Assembly (NCBI RefSeq): GCF_028369095.1
Contig: NZ_JAQNDN010000024.1
Location: forward strand, 629,253 to 693,252
DNA from: Nannocystis radixulma
GTDB taxonomy: Bacteria > Myxococcota_A > Polyangia > Nannocystales > Nannocystaceae
Direction of reading: 5' to 3'
DNA length: 64,000 nt
Part shown: positions 39,846-50,089 of the stretch, piece by piece
Layout of the letters: each line of letters begins with the position of its first letter
How positions within the stretch are numbered: position 1 is the first letter of the stretch
Notes under the pieces: generated by a model
What the model was told of the DNA's origin: nothing
Database searches by the model: none
Seen by the model: only the letters and a program-made list of their open reading frames with translations
Position numbers and translations under genes: made by a program

Positions 39846-40397
39846 GGCCGCTCACGCGTGTGGGTGCTCAGGCGGACAGGTGACCGTGGGCGAGATCGCG
39901 CGGGCTTTCGGGGCGGGACTGGAGTGGGGGTGAATGGCCCCAGTGAGAGTTGACTGCTCACGGCCACAGGGCAGGTTGATTGCATGGGAGAAGCGATTGA
40001 AGTGGTGCGAGTCCAAGTTTTGGAGACGGGGACGATTGTATCGGAATTCAGCGGGTTTAATGGGGCTCACGATTTCAATTTCAGAACGGGCATGTCTGGG
40101 TGCAGGATGAGTATAAGTACAGCTATCATTACGCTCACAGGCCTACGGCGATAATCGTGGATGGCCCAAGGGATATTGTCATTGCGGGCGGATGGCATGA
40201 GCGAACGGGTTCGTGTACGTCGAGCGTAATGCATCCACCGGAGCACTCCTTCGCCGGTCTCGCTATGGCGAAGCGCGTTCGCCGGCTCCTCCGCTGCGTC
40301 GGCGGGGACCGCGGCGCGGCGCGGCGATCGTCGTGTGGAGCAAGGCTGTCGGAGGTTTGCGCTGCGTTGACGCGCCGGCTGGTCCTGCGATAGAGGC

Positions 40398-41963
40398 TTG
40401 CGCGTGCGCCTGCTTGTTCGTCCGTTGCTCCACGCCTCGCTCGTCGTCGCAGCCTGTGCCCGAGCCTCTGCGCCGCCGCCGTCGCCGCCAGCAACTGCGG
40501 CGTCCGGGACGCCACTGCCGGGGCCGCTGCCGCCGCACGCGAACGCCGAGCAGCTCGGTACCTGGATAGATGCCTACGTCTCGGCGTTCGGCGCGCGCTG
40601 GGGGGAGGCGTACGCGGCCCAGGGCTACCTGGTCATCGCCGAGGACGGGAAGATCCTGTTCGAGAAGGCCTATGGCGAGGCCGATCGCGCACGAGGTCGG
40701 GTCGCCGGGCTCGACACGCGCTTTCGCATCGGCTCGCTCACCAAGCAATTCACGAGCGCGGCGATCCTGCAATTGGCGGAGCAGGGCCGGCTCCGCCTCG
40801 ACGACCCGATCCGCAAGTACCTGCCCGACTATCCGGCGGCGGGCGACGCGATCACGATCCACCACCTGCTCACGCACACCTCGGGGATCCCGAATTACAC
40901 CGACGACGAGGCGCTCATGCAGCGCCGCGAGCGCCCGATGACGCAGGCGGAGCTGATCGCGTCGTTCAAGGACAAACCGCTCGAGTTCGAGCCGGGGTCG
41001 GAGTTCGAGTACTCGAACTCCGGGTACTTCCTCCTCGGCGTGATCATCGAGCGGGTCTCGGGCGAGCGCTACGAGGACTATCTCCAGGCGAACGTCCTCC
41101 GCCCGGCAGGGATGACGCGCACGAGCACGGTCGACGCGCCCGACGCGGACGATACCGCGATCGGCTACGTGGCCAGCCCGGACGAGACGCTCACGCGTGC
41201 CCAGCCGATCGACATGTCCATCCCGTTCGCGGCCGGGGCGCTCCGCTCCACGGCGCGCGATCTGCTGGCGTGGGATCGGGCGCTCGCGGGCGACACGATC
41301 CTCGACGAGACCTGGAAAGAGCGGATGTTCACCCCTTTCAAGGACGGCTACGCCTACGGCTGGTTCGTCGGTGACGAACAGGGCAAGCGGGTGGTCTCGC
41401 ACGCGGCCGGGATCGACGGCTTCACCGGATACATCGCGCGCGTACCCGAGGCGGGGCTCGTGGTCATCGCGCTCTCCAACAACGAGGATTTCCCCGCCGC
41501 CAGGATCGGCCGACCGGCGCTGTCGATGGTGCTGTCCGGTGAGCCCATTCCGCCGGTGGAGGAGCGCTCGGTGCTCGCGCTCGACGAAGCCGTGACGAAC
41601 GGCCTGATCGGCGAGTACGTGCTCGCTCCGGAGAGCCGCAAGGAGCTCGAGGCCGCGATCCCGGCGGCGAACCTGCAGGCGATCGCGTCTGTCGCGTTCA
41701 GCACGGAGGGTGGGCGCCTGTTCTTCAAGGCTGCCGGTCAGGAGCGCCGCGAGCTGTTCCAGGGCGAAGGCGGCGTGCTGTTCACGAAGACGTCGGGCGT
41801 CGAGATCACCGCCGATCCGGGGGACCGCCCGAACGCGCCCGCGAAGGGCGTCACGGTGGCCCAGGGCGAGCTCCGGATCCGGTACGCACGCGGGTCGGTC
41901 GGGGCGAAGAAGAGCGCCGCTCCCAAGCGGCGCGGCGACAGGCGAGCTCCGGCGCGAGGCTGA
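40398..41963 (+). CDS. serine hydrolase of the beta-lactamase/transpeptidase superfamily (class C-like), lipoprotein
   Basis: Signal LLHASLVVAACA; SLTKQF (SxxK) and YSNSGY (YxN) motifs. Confidence 0.85.
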   Translation: MRVRLLVRPLLHASLVVAACARASAPPPSPPATAASGTPLPGPLPPHANAEQLGTWIDAYVSAFGARWGEAYAAQGYLVIAEDGKILFEKAYGEADRARGRVAGLDTRFRIGSLTKQFTSAAILQLAEQGRLRLDDPIRKYLPDYPAAGDAITIHHLLTHTSGIPNYTDDEALMQRRERPMTQAELIASFKDKPLEFEPGSEFEYSNSGYFLLGVIIERVSGERYEDYLQANVLRPAGMTRTSTVDAPDADDTAIGYVASPDETLTRAQPIDMSIPFAAGALRSTARDLLAWDRALAGDTILDETWKERMFTPFKDGYAYGWFVGDEQGKRVVSHAAGIDGFTGYIARVPEAGLVVIALSNNEDFPAARIGRPALSMVLSGEPIPPVEERSVLALDEAVTNGLIGEYVLAPESRKELEAAIPAANLQAIASVAFSTEGGRLFFKAAGQERRELFQGEGGVLFTKTSGVEITADPGDRPNAPAKGVTVAQGELRIRYARGSVGAKKSAAPKRRGDRRAPARG

Positions 41964-42020
41964 CGGCGGGGCGCAGCGCATCGGTGAATGTCGACACCCG
42001 GCCGTCACGAGCCCATCGCT

Positions 42021-43169
42021 TCAGAAGCGGCCGGTGAGGTTGAAGAGGGCGCCGCGCGGGCTCGGGCGCAGGCCGAACGACAGGCGCTTGCCGAGGTCGC
42101 TGCGGTGGAGGGTGGGCACGAGGACGCCGATCGAGGTGCCGGCGATCGAGCCGGCGATCACGTCGGTCCAGAAGTGCTTGCCGGCCTCGACGCGGAGGAT
42201 CGCGGTGGTGGCGGCGATGCCGATCGCGGCCAGCCACACCGGCACGGCGGCGCGTGCTCGCGAGTGACGCAGGGTGAAGATGGTGGCCCAGGCCGTCATC
42301 ATGGCGAAGGCGGTGGAGGCGTGACCTGAATAAAAGGACAGGCGCGCCTCCTCGTCGTGGATGTCGCCGAGCGAGTTGTCCTCGTCGTAGCTGTAGGGGC
42401 GCGGGCGGCGGACGGCGTACTTGACGAGGTTGGTGAGGCCGACGTTGACGGCGAGGACCTCGAACAGGACCACGACGTCGCGGGCCCAGCCGCCTGCGGC
42501 CCGGCGATAGGAGCCGGGGGCGCGCCGGCCGGTGACGAGGGCGTCGGCGAGGTCGGCGACCAGCGGGGCGGCGATGGTGGTGTAGAGCAGGGCGTCGGAG
42601 GCGTGGGCGGCTGCCAGGTTGTCGTTGCCGAGGACGCGGCGATCGAGGCCGTTGATCCGCGAACGATCGCAGGCGGCGCAGCCGGCCCAGCTCGAGTCCT
42701 TCGCGGCCAGGTCGCTGCCGAGCCACAGGACGAGGCCGAGGCCGATGACGGGGACGTCGATCGCGGGCCGGATCCGCATGAGGTGCGGCGGGAGAGCGGG
42801 CGGGGCGGGCTCGGATGGTGCGAAGGACATGTCCTCGGGGGCATGTCCCGAGGGCGGGGCGGGTTGTTGCGGGGAGGCTCCGGGCGGGCGCTCTGCGGGC
42901 GGCGCGTCGGAGTGGTGCGAGATGTCCTCGGGGACATGTCCTGAGGGCGACCCGGACGCGGTCGCGGCGCCTGGTTCGATCGGCATGTCCTGGGGAGCAT
43001 GTCCCGAGGGACCGGCCGGGGGCGCCCAGGCGCCGAGCGGCGCCGGAGCAGGCGACGCGGAGGCGTCAGGCGCGAGCGAGAGCGCGACGCGGCCGGGGAC
43101 GAGTGGATGCGCGGCGACGGGCGGGGCGACGAGGGCGACGAGCAGGGCGGAGAGCAGACGGCGCGACAT
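42021..43169 (-). CDS. PAP2-family phosphatase with repetitive N-terminal region
   Basis: Start at MSRRLLSALLVALVAPPVAA. PAP2 motifs KYAVRRPRP, SFYSGH, RVEAGKHFWTD. N-terminus carries a three-fold PSGHxPED repeat. Confidence 0.8.
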   Translation of the reverse strand: MSRRLLSALLVALVAPPVAAHPLVPGRVALSLAPDASASPAPAPLGAWAPPAGPSGHAPQDMPIEPGAATASGSPSGHVPEDISHHSDAPPAERPPGASPQQPAPPSGHAPEDMSFAPSEPAPPALPPHLMRIRPAIDVPVIGLGLVLWLGSDLAAKDSSWAGCAACDRSRINGLDRRVLGNDNLAAAHASDALLYTTIAAPLVADLADALVTGRRAPGSYRRAAGGWARDVVVLFEVLAVNVGLTNLVKYAVRRPRPYSYDEDNSLGDIHDEEARLSFYSGHASTAFAMMTAWATIFTLRHSRARAAVPVWLAAIGIAATTAILRVEAGKHFWTDVIAGSIAGTSIGVLVPTLHRSDLGKRLSFGLRPSPRGALFNLTGRF

Positions 43170-43493
43170 CCGGGTGCGGCGAGTATGCCCGGTCGCAGCG
43201 AGGCGCGGGGCGGCGGAAACAGGGCGCGAGAGGCCGCGAGCGGGGCGTTCGATCAACCTGGCGACGGCTCGTCGCCGGGGACGGGCCGATGGACGTCCGC
43301 GTCGCGCTCTGCAGGGTGGCTGAGATCGCCGCCTCTCGACCGATTCTTCCTCGTCGCACTCACCCCGTCGAGGTCGCGGCGTCGGAGGCGTCCGCGCTCG
43401 GCAATTCGCTGCATCGTGGTGCCCTGATCGTTCAGGGTGCTCCGCGTCCGGATGGCGCGCTCGCGCGCGACGGGATACCTTGGCGCCATCGAC

Positions 43494-44828
43494 ATGCAGA
43501 CCGAGATCTACGAGGAACTCGAGGCGCGCGGGGTGACGTTGGCGAGGGCCGCGGCGAGCGGCGACCTCGAGGCCGAGGGAAAGCTGGTCGAGACGCTCGG
43601 CGAGCTGACGCGGGCGCCGTACCACAACGAAGGCTGGCCGCGCTCGGGGAGCGTGGCGTACGCGGTGTTCGACGCGTTCCTGCAGGTCGACGACGGCGAC
43701 CGCGAGGCGCTGCGGCGGCTGGTGGGGCCGTTCGTGGAGGCGCTCATGGCCCACCCGGACCACCTCGGCGTGCCGTATCGGTTCGAGCCGGCGGAGATGC
43801 TGGGGCCGTCGGCGATCCCGCTGCTGGCGCGGCTGTTGGCGCGCGGGCTGGCGGCGACGTCGCGCGCGGCGATCGAGGGGCTGGACTACGTGAACCCGCT
43901 GAACGACGCGGGCTTCAGGCTGGCGACCGACGCGCTGGTGGGGCTGTTCACGTACGAGGAGGAGGCGGTCGAGGCGGTGGCGACGGCCGTGGCGGCGCTC
44001 GAGTGGAACGACGAGCGGCTGTGGCTGTTGTTCCGCGTGCTGGCCGCGCACGCGGTGACGGGGGTGGCCGCGCTGGGCGAGGTGGCGCGGGTGGTGCTGG
44101 TGCGGCTGGCGACGGCGACGACGGGCATCACCGGTCCGGGCGCCGACAAGCTGCGCGGGCTGCTGCTGCGGGCGAAGATCATCCCGAAGGCGCTGGCGCC
44201 GGGCGTGAAGCCGGCGACGCTGCCGCGCAAGTTGCCGCTGACGGTGGCGGAGGCGCTGGCGCTGGGCGAGACGTGGGGGCTGTCGCCGGCCGAGGTGCAG
44301 GCGGGCCGGCCGGCGAAGGCGAAGGAGCTGGATGTCCTTGCGGACAGGTTGGGCCGACGCCTGCCGAAGGAGCTGACGCTCTTGCTCGGCACGCACGCGT
44401 CGCTCGGGGCCCGCGACATCGGTCCGCCGGCGCGCATGCGGCAGCTGCTCCGCGAGATGGCGGAGACGATCGAGGACGACGAGGAGGAGGCCGACGACGA
44501 GGTGCCGAGCGGGCGCGGGCAGTACGACGTGCGCGGCTTCGATCCGCTGAAGAAGGCCATCCCGCTCGGCAGCGATCCGTCCGGCGACCTGTACTTTCTG
44601 GCGACCGGGGCGAAGTCGGGGGCCGAGACGGCGCCGGTGATCCGCTACCGCCACGACCAGGCGCTGGTGGCCACGATCGTGGCCGACTCGCTCGGCGAGT
44701 TCGTGGCGCTGATCCTTGCCCGCGTGTACGCGCGCCGCGAGGGGCTGGGGCCGGAGCTCGACAAGCTCGATTCGCGCCGGCGGACGATCACGTCGGGCTA
44801 CAAGAAGCCGAAGCCGCCGCGCGAGTGA
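43494..44828 (+). CDS. hypothetical protein with C-terminal SMI1/KNR4 (SUKH)-like domain
   Basis: C-terminus KKAIPLGSDPSGDLYFLATG...IRYRHDQALVATIVADSLGEFV fits the SUKH pattern. ATG 43494 chosen; earlier in-frame starts exist at 43437 and 43452. Confidence 0.55.
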   Translation: MQTEIYEELEARGVTLARAAASGDLEAEGKLVETLGELTRAPYHNEGWPRSGSVAYAVFDAFLQVDDGDREALRRLVGPFVEALMAHPDHLGVPYRFEPAEMLGPSAIPLLARLLARGLAATSRAAIEGLDYVNPLNDAGFRLATDALVGLFTYEEEAVEAVATAVAALEWNDERLWLLFRVLAAHAVTGVAALGEVARVVLVRLATATTGITGPGADKLRGLLLRAKIIPKALAPGVKPATLPRKLPLTVAEALALGETWGLSPAEVQAGRPAKAKELDVLADRLGRRLPKELTLLLGTHASLGARDIGPPARMRQLLREMAETIEDDEEEADDEVPSGRGQYDVRGFDPLKKAIPLGSDPSGDLYFLATGAKSGAETAPVIRYRHDQALVATIVADSLGEFVALILARVYARREGLGPELDKLDSRRRTITSGYKKPKPPRE

Positions 44829-44846
44829 GCGGCGCTCTGCCGGCCT

Positions 44847-45458
44847 CTACATCGATTGCCAGGTCCCGCCGCCCACCTGGTACTCGGTGATCCATGTCAG
44901 CGGAATGGGGGTGAGGAACGCCATCTCGCCGTTCCGCGGGGCGCTCTCGCTCTCGCGCTGGCTCTCCTTGTAGAGGGCGATGAGCGAGGCGCCGTCGATG
45001 GTGCTCGTGTCCGTGATCAGGTACGCGTCGACGCGGCTCTGCCCGAGCTCCGCGACGCTGTTGACCGTCTGGACCTCCGGGGAGAGCCCTGAGCGCTGGG
45101 CCTTCCGCTGGTACAGGGGGAAGTCGAGCTCGATCTTGTACTTCGTGTCGGCGGTGCGGCCGCCGGTGACCTCGCTCGTGGCCGTCGAGACCTGAATCGT
45201 CGTACTGCTGACGACGTTGCGGATGAGCTCGTACAGGGTGGTGATGCCGATCAGCCGACCGTTCGAATCGGCCAGCAATCGGTTGACCTCCGTCGCTCCC
45301 CGCGGGATCGCCACCGGCTGCTGAAAATTGATGGCGACGCGGCGGATCAGATCCTGGCTCTCTCCCAGCGAGAGCTCGACCCATGCCCGGAAACCCGGTT
45401 TTTTGGGGTCCTTGATCTTGTCCTTGGGGCGGCTGTCGGCGCGATACAGTGTGAACAT
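44847..45458 (-). CDS. hypothetical protein (203 aa), lower-GC island gene
   Basis: ATG 45458 preceded by GGAG; Lys-rich N-terminus KDKIKDPKKPGF, S/T-rich middle. The upstream in-frame part of the track ORF is junk. Confidence 0.55.
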   Translation of the reverse strand: MFTLYRADSRPKDKIKDPKKPGFRAWVELSLGESQDLIRRVAINFQQPVAIPRGATEVNRLLADSNGRLIGITTLYELIRNVVSSTTIQVSTATSEVTGGRTADTKYKIELDFPLYQRKAQRSGLSPEVQTVNSVAELGQSRVDAYLITDTSTIDGASLIALYKESQRESESAPRNGEMAFLTPIPLTWITEYQVGGGTWQSM

Positions 45459-46046
45459 GCGGCTCCTGTGTCCCCGGGCGCGCGGGCGACTGTCGGCGAC
45501 GCGGCGCGCCGGCGTAATCGGTAGTGTCGTCGGCGCCAGACCGCGCCGATGTTCGCAGCGAACGTACTTGTCCGCCGTGTATTCGTCAAGCACGAACCAT
45601 CCATTCGCGGCGAGTGGAAATCGCCTGACTGTGTGGCACGGAAGCGCGCTGCGATCATTCGATCGAGTGGGCGCGCCCGCGGCTCTGGGCGGGCGCCCGG
45701 CGAATGGCAATGTCCTCATGGCCTCGCTCGATTCGATCTCGCCCGGCGCAGCTCCGAGCGGGGCTGAGACGTCGTCAGAGGGAGAATCGTAGTTGCGGCA
45801 GCGGCGGTTCGCGGGCCGGCGGGCCGCGTGTGCCCGCCGGCGATCGGGCGAAACGGCCGCGAGGCTGGAACGGTGATGTTTGCCGCCTGTGTTCCGGAGG
45901 AACGGTGTAATCGCGGGAGTGATCGCAGGGCTCGGCGTGCCGCTCCTATAGGTGGTTCCGACGCCGCCCGGCGCCTGCGCGAGCGTGTGTGACGCTTCAT
46001 TCAAATGAGCGGAGTTGCTCCGCGACAATGGGCGTTTTAAGCATGA

Positions 46047-46730
<684 letters not shown>

Positions 46731-46827
46731 TCGCGGCGCTCTCCGTCGCGTTCACGGCGGCCGCCCGGGCCGCCTGGATTTCCATTGGCCACACGACGAC
46801 AAACGACAATAAGGAAGGAGTGCGAAC

Positions 46828-47514
46828 ATGGCTGAACCACAACTCGTATCCATGGCAGAGCAGTTCACGGGGTTGCCGATGAGCGATCTCATCGGCGCCC
46901 CACTGCTGGCGGCGGCCGAGGCCAACAACATGATGGCCGTCACGCAGACGCGGTTTTTGCTCGACACGGCGTTCTCCATCAAAGCGGATGAGACGACGAA
47001 GGCCGAGACCTACTCGCCGATCATCATCGACATGAAGCTGACGCGGGGCGTGCTGATCCCGGCCGACCCGACCAAGCCGGACAGCAAGGCCACCATCGAC
47101 CAGGTGACGACGATCTTCTCGCTGCCGCTGCTGACGATCCTCCCGCTCAACTCGCTGGCGGTCGACAACGTCGACATCACCTTCGACATGGAGGTGAAGT
47201 CGAGCTACAGCGAGAGCACCAGCGAGGCGACCGAGGAGAAGATGGCGGCGGCCTCGACCTTCTCGGCCAAGGTCGGCTTCGGCATCTTCTCGGCCTCGGT
47301 CACCGGCAGCGTGTCGTACGACAGCGCGCATTCGACCAACCACGACACCCACTACGAGAAGAGCAACTCGGCGAAGTACGGCGTGCGGGTCCACGCCGGG
47401 CAGCTGCCGCTGCCGCAGGGCGTGACGACGATCATCCAGGCGTTCACGAACTCGATCACGCCGATCACCATGCCGACCGAACCGCCGGCGAAAACGACGA
47501 ATTCCGGCGGGTGA
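46828..47514 (+). CDS. uncharacterised protein, paralogue B of tandem pair, with Ser/Thr-rich amphipathic beta-hairpin-like segment
   Basis: AAGGAAGGAG Shine-Dalgarno 8 nt before the ATG; segment KVGFGIFSASVTGSVSYDSAHST has alternating polarity; lower GC than surroundings. Confidence 0.7.
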   Translation: MAEPQLVSMAEQFTGLPMSDLIGAPLLAAAEANNMMAVTQTRFLLDTAFSIKADETTKAETYSPIIIDMKLTRGVLIPADPTKPDSKATIDQVTTIFSLPLLTILPLNSLAVDNVDITFDMEVKSSYSESTSEATEEKMAAASTFSAKVGFGIFSASVTGSVSYDSAHSTNHDTHYEKSNSAKYGVRVHAGQLPLPQGVTTIIQAFTNSITPITMPTEPPAKTTNSGG

Positions 47515-47616
47515 GCCGGCCCGGTCCGCGCGCGACGCCGCGGTGTGCGGCGCGCGCGGACCGTTCACGCATGAATACACCGTGCGCGAATCTCCACAGT
47601 TTCATGAGGCAACGAT

Positions 47617-47820
47617 ATGAGCGGCCAGATCCCCTGTCCTGATTGCGGTGGCATCATCGTCTTCGACGCCCACGCGCTCCTGCGCGGCGAGACGTTCGCC
47701 TGCGCCGGCTGCGGCGCGTCGCTCGGCCTGGCCCGCGAGAGCGTGGCGACCGTGGCGAACGCGATGGCCAAGCTCGACGCGCTGCGCAAGCAGGGCGACG
47801 GCCGGCGCGCGCCGGGCTGA
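47617..47820 (+). CDS. small zinc-ribbon protein (CPDCG...CAGCG)
   Basis: 67 aa; two CxxC pairs 29 residues apart; GAGG upstream of the ATG; stop codon lies inside a GC hairpin. Confidence 0.55.
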   Translation: MSGQIPCPDCGGIIVFDAHALLRGETFACAGCGASLGLARESVATVANAMAKLDALRKQGDGRRAPG

Positions 47821-47829
47821 GCGCGCGCC
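47804..47829 (+). terminator. GC hairpin (9-bp perfect stem GGCGCGCGC / GCGCGCGCC, 8-nt loop) spanning the stop codon of the Zn-ribbon gene
   Basis: Perfect stem seen directly. No U-tract follows, so intrinsic terminator function is uncertain. Confidence 0.3.
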
Positions 47830-47900
47830 GACGGCCTGTCCTCGGGGTCGGCGGCCCCGCGGAGTGCTGCGGCGGGACGGTGTGCCCCTCGCGCCCGGCC

Positions 47901-48094
47901 ATGGCCGTCGGGCGCGGGAATGATGAGACCATGACGCGCGGGCGCTGAAGCAGCGGGGCGCGGCTCATGGCCGTCGGGCGCGGGAATGATGAGACCATGA
48001 TGCGCGGGCGCCGAGGCAGCGGGGCGCGGCTCATGGCCGGCGATCGCGGAAATGATGAGACCATGACGCGCGGGCGCTGAAGCAGCGGGCGCGT
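47901..48094. repeat. intergenic tandem direct repeat, 66-bp unit x about 3
   Basis: Units start at 47901, 47967, 48033 (CATGGCCGTCGGGCGCGGGAATGATGAGACCATGACGCGCGGGCGCTGAAGCAGCGGGGCGCGGCT); a few substitutions per unit. Lies between two convergent genes. Confidence 0.75.
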
Positions 48095-48307
48095 CGCGGC
48101 GTGAGCGTGACGAGGCGAGGGCCCGTGACGCGCGACCGGGTGGCGCGGTGTGCCGTTCCCAAGATCCAGACCTGCGACGGTGCGCTCGATAGGATGAGCT
48201 TGCACGTGCGGCCTGCACCCGGCACTCGCGCCTTGCTGCTGGCGGCGGGCGAGATTAGACCCCGCCAGGCCAAACCCGGTCACGTTCGGGCCGGACCTCG
48301 CAGGCGG

Positions 48308-48952
48308 TCACACGTCCTTCACGTCGAGCTGCAGGCAGGTCGAGGTGTCGATGAACACGACCTCCTCGAGGGCGACGGGCTCCAACTCGGGGCGGTCGAT
48401 GTCGATGGGCTCGAAGTCGGGGCGGTCGATGGGCTCGAAGTCGGGGCGGTCGATGGGCTCGAAGTCCGGGCGGTCGATGGGCTCGAAGTCCGGGCGGTCG
48501 ATGGGCTCGAAGTTCGGGCGGTCGAAGTCCGGGAAGTCGATGCCGGGGCGGTCGTCGTTGCCGAAGCCGTGCCAGCCGGGCCAGCGGGGCGTGAGCTCGC
48601 TGGGCGCGCAGAACAGCGCGCCGCCGTCCTCACACTGGCTGCGGCAGGTCGCCGCGCGGTCCTCGAGCTCGCCGGCGCACTGGGCCAGGCAGACCGGGCC
48701 GGTCAGCGTGTCGCAGTCGTACGAGCGGTCGTCGCCGTTGGTGCCGACGAAGATCTGGGTCTGGACACACGCATCGAGGGCCGTGGCGGTGCCCAGGTCG
48801 ATGCCCTGTTCCGGGTTCTTGCCGATCGGCTCCCACTGGCCGGGGCCGTTCATCGGCTCCAGCTCGGCCGTGAGGGGACGCGCCATCGTCGGGTTGGCCA
48901 CGAGCGACGCGGCGACCAGGGCGGGGCAAACGATGAGGATATTACGCAACAT
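48308..48952 (-). CDS. secreted Cys-rich protein with 5x PIDRPDFE tandem repeats
   Basis: Signal MLRNILIVCPALVAASLVANPTMA; Cys-rich domain; 24-bp in-frame repeats at about 48384-48540. Confidence 0.65.
   Translation of the reverse strand: MLRNILIVCPALVAASLVANPTMARPLTAELEPMNGPGQWEPIGKNPEQGIDLGTATALDACVQTQIFVGTNGDDRSYDCDTLTGPVCLAQCAGELEDRAATCRSQCEDGGALFCAPSELTPRWPGWHGFGNDDRPGIDFPDFDRPNFEPIDRPDFEPIDRPDFEPIDRPDFEPIDRPDFEPIDIDRPELEPVALEEVVFIDTSTCLQLDVKDV
48384..48540. repeat. in-frame 24-bp tandem repeat (x5) encoding PIDRPDFE
   Basis: GGGCTCGAAGTCGGGGCGGTCGAT repeated head-to-tail inside CDS 48308..48952. Confidence 0.8.
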
Positions 48953-49873
48953 GGGGAGTACCTTTCTTCTCTTCCAGCTTCTCTCGGTGGCGGCGTGGGA
49001 TGATTCCCTCCGTCGCGCTGTGTAGGACTATTCGGCCCATTCAGCGCGTGGCAACGTCGATTTGTGGCGTATCGCATACTCGGCCGCGCCCCGAATTCGC
49101 GTAAAAGCCGGCGAGCCCCGGCGCATCTCGGGGAATTCGCGGGTTCTTCTCGATCGGGCAGAAACCCGGCGGCGGCGCCGTCTGCGGCGGTTTTGCGGCG
49201 CTCGTGAGCAAATGTCGCCGTCGTCCGCCGCGCTCATACATTGTTCATAGCCCTGCGACCCGGACGAGGCAATATCGAGGCCACGCGTCGATTCGATAAA
49301 CGTACTATGATCATTGATGAAGCGGCGCGGTCGCAGCGGCTTGCGGAGGGCTCCGCGCACTTTTTGGTGCAGGGCGGTCGGGGAACGCCTCTGATTATAT
49401 ACAATGTGCTATTTCCCCTTACAAGTCGCGGACGCTGCGACATTGATGATTCGCCGCCGCGCCGTCGGCAGCGCCGGGGACCACGCCGATGCGTCGATCG
49501 GCGCGTCGTTCGACGCGCCGATCGATCCGTCGGCGCAGAGGCGTCGCGCGCGGCCGACGAGCGCCGCGGGGTGGCGTCGCGCCGGCGCACGCGGGCCGGC
49601 GGGGCATGACTCGCGGTCGCGACGCGTGGTGCGAGCAGCACCTGTCGCGGTGCGCCGGCAGCTCGCCCCACGCGCCTTGCTCGCGTCGAGCCGCCGCCGC
49701 TGCGGATCGCTGCCCGCGAGACGAGGTGCGTGTCGTCGAGGAGAAGAGCCGCGCGGCGAAGTACGGCGGGAGGTCCACGCCGGGCAGCTCTCGTGCCGCA
49801 GCTGGGACGACGATCGTCAGGGGGTCACGCACTCGATCACGCCGGGCGCCACGCCGACCGCCGCCGCGCGACT

Positions 49874-49998
49874 GGGCGGGGCCGTCCGGCGATGGGTCCT
49901 CGCCGGGAAGGTCGGACATGCGCGGTCACAAATGGACGAAGTTCGGGATTGTGGATCGTCGCGGCGGGGCGGGGCCGTCCGGCGATGGGTCCTCGCCG
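49874..49998. repeat. 33-bp direct repeat pair (GGGCGGGGCCGTCCGGCGATGGGTCCTCGCCGG) spaced 92 bp
   Basis: Identical copies at 49874-49906 and 49966-49998, each followed by an operator-like inverted repeat. Confidence 0.6.
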
Positions 49999-50054
49999 GC
50001 GGAACCGGGCGCGGCCGCTGGCTGCACGCACCCGGCCCGCTGGGCAGTCGGCGC

Positions 50055-50080
50055 TTGCACAAAGTTCTGGATTTGTGCAA
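50055..50080. promoter_or_regulatory. perfect inverted repeat TTGCACAAA-N8-TTTGTGCAA, putative TetR operator
   Basis: 9-bp arms, 8-bp spacer, 10 nt upstream of the TetR start. A degenerate copy (CACAAAT-N14-ATTGTG) lies at about 49926-49953. Confidence 0.6.
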
Positions 50081-50089
50081 GGCTCGGGC

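Noticed and set aside
31542-39953. 2,803-aa plus-strand ORF antisense to the TPR giant
   Set aside because: Monotonous G/A/L/R/E composition with no recognisable repeats; the sense frame has clean TPR architecture. Same reasoning rejects 34087..38211(-) and 31363..33648(-).
45328-45792. 154-aa plus ORF in the divergent intergenic region of the island
   Set aside because: Overlaps the 5' end of the 203-aa minus gene; Arg/Ser-rich with no RBS. More likely promoter region.
47901-48094. Possible CRISPR array
   Set aside because: Repeats are contiguous (66-bp period) with no unique spacers and a 66-nt unit far longer than CRISPR repeats; it is a plain tandem repeat.
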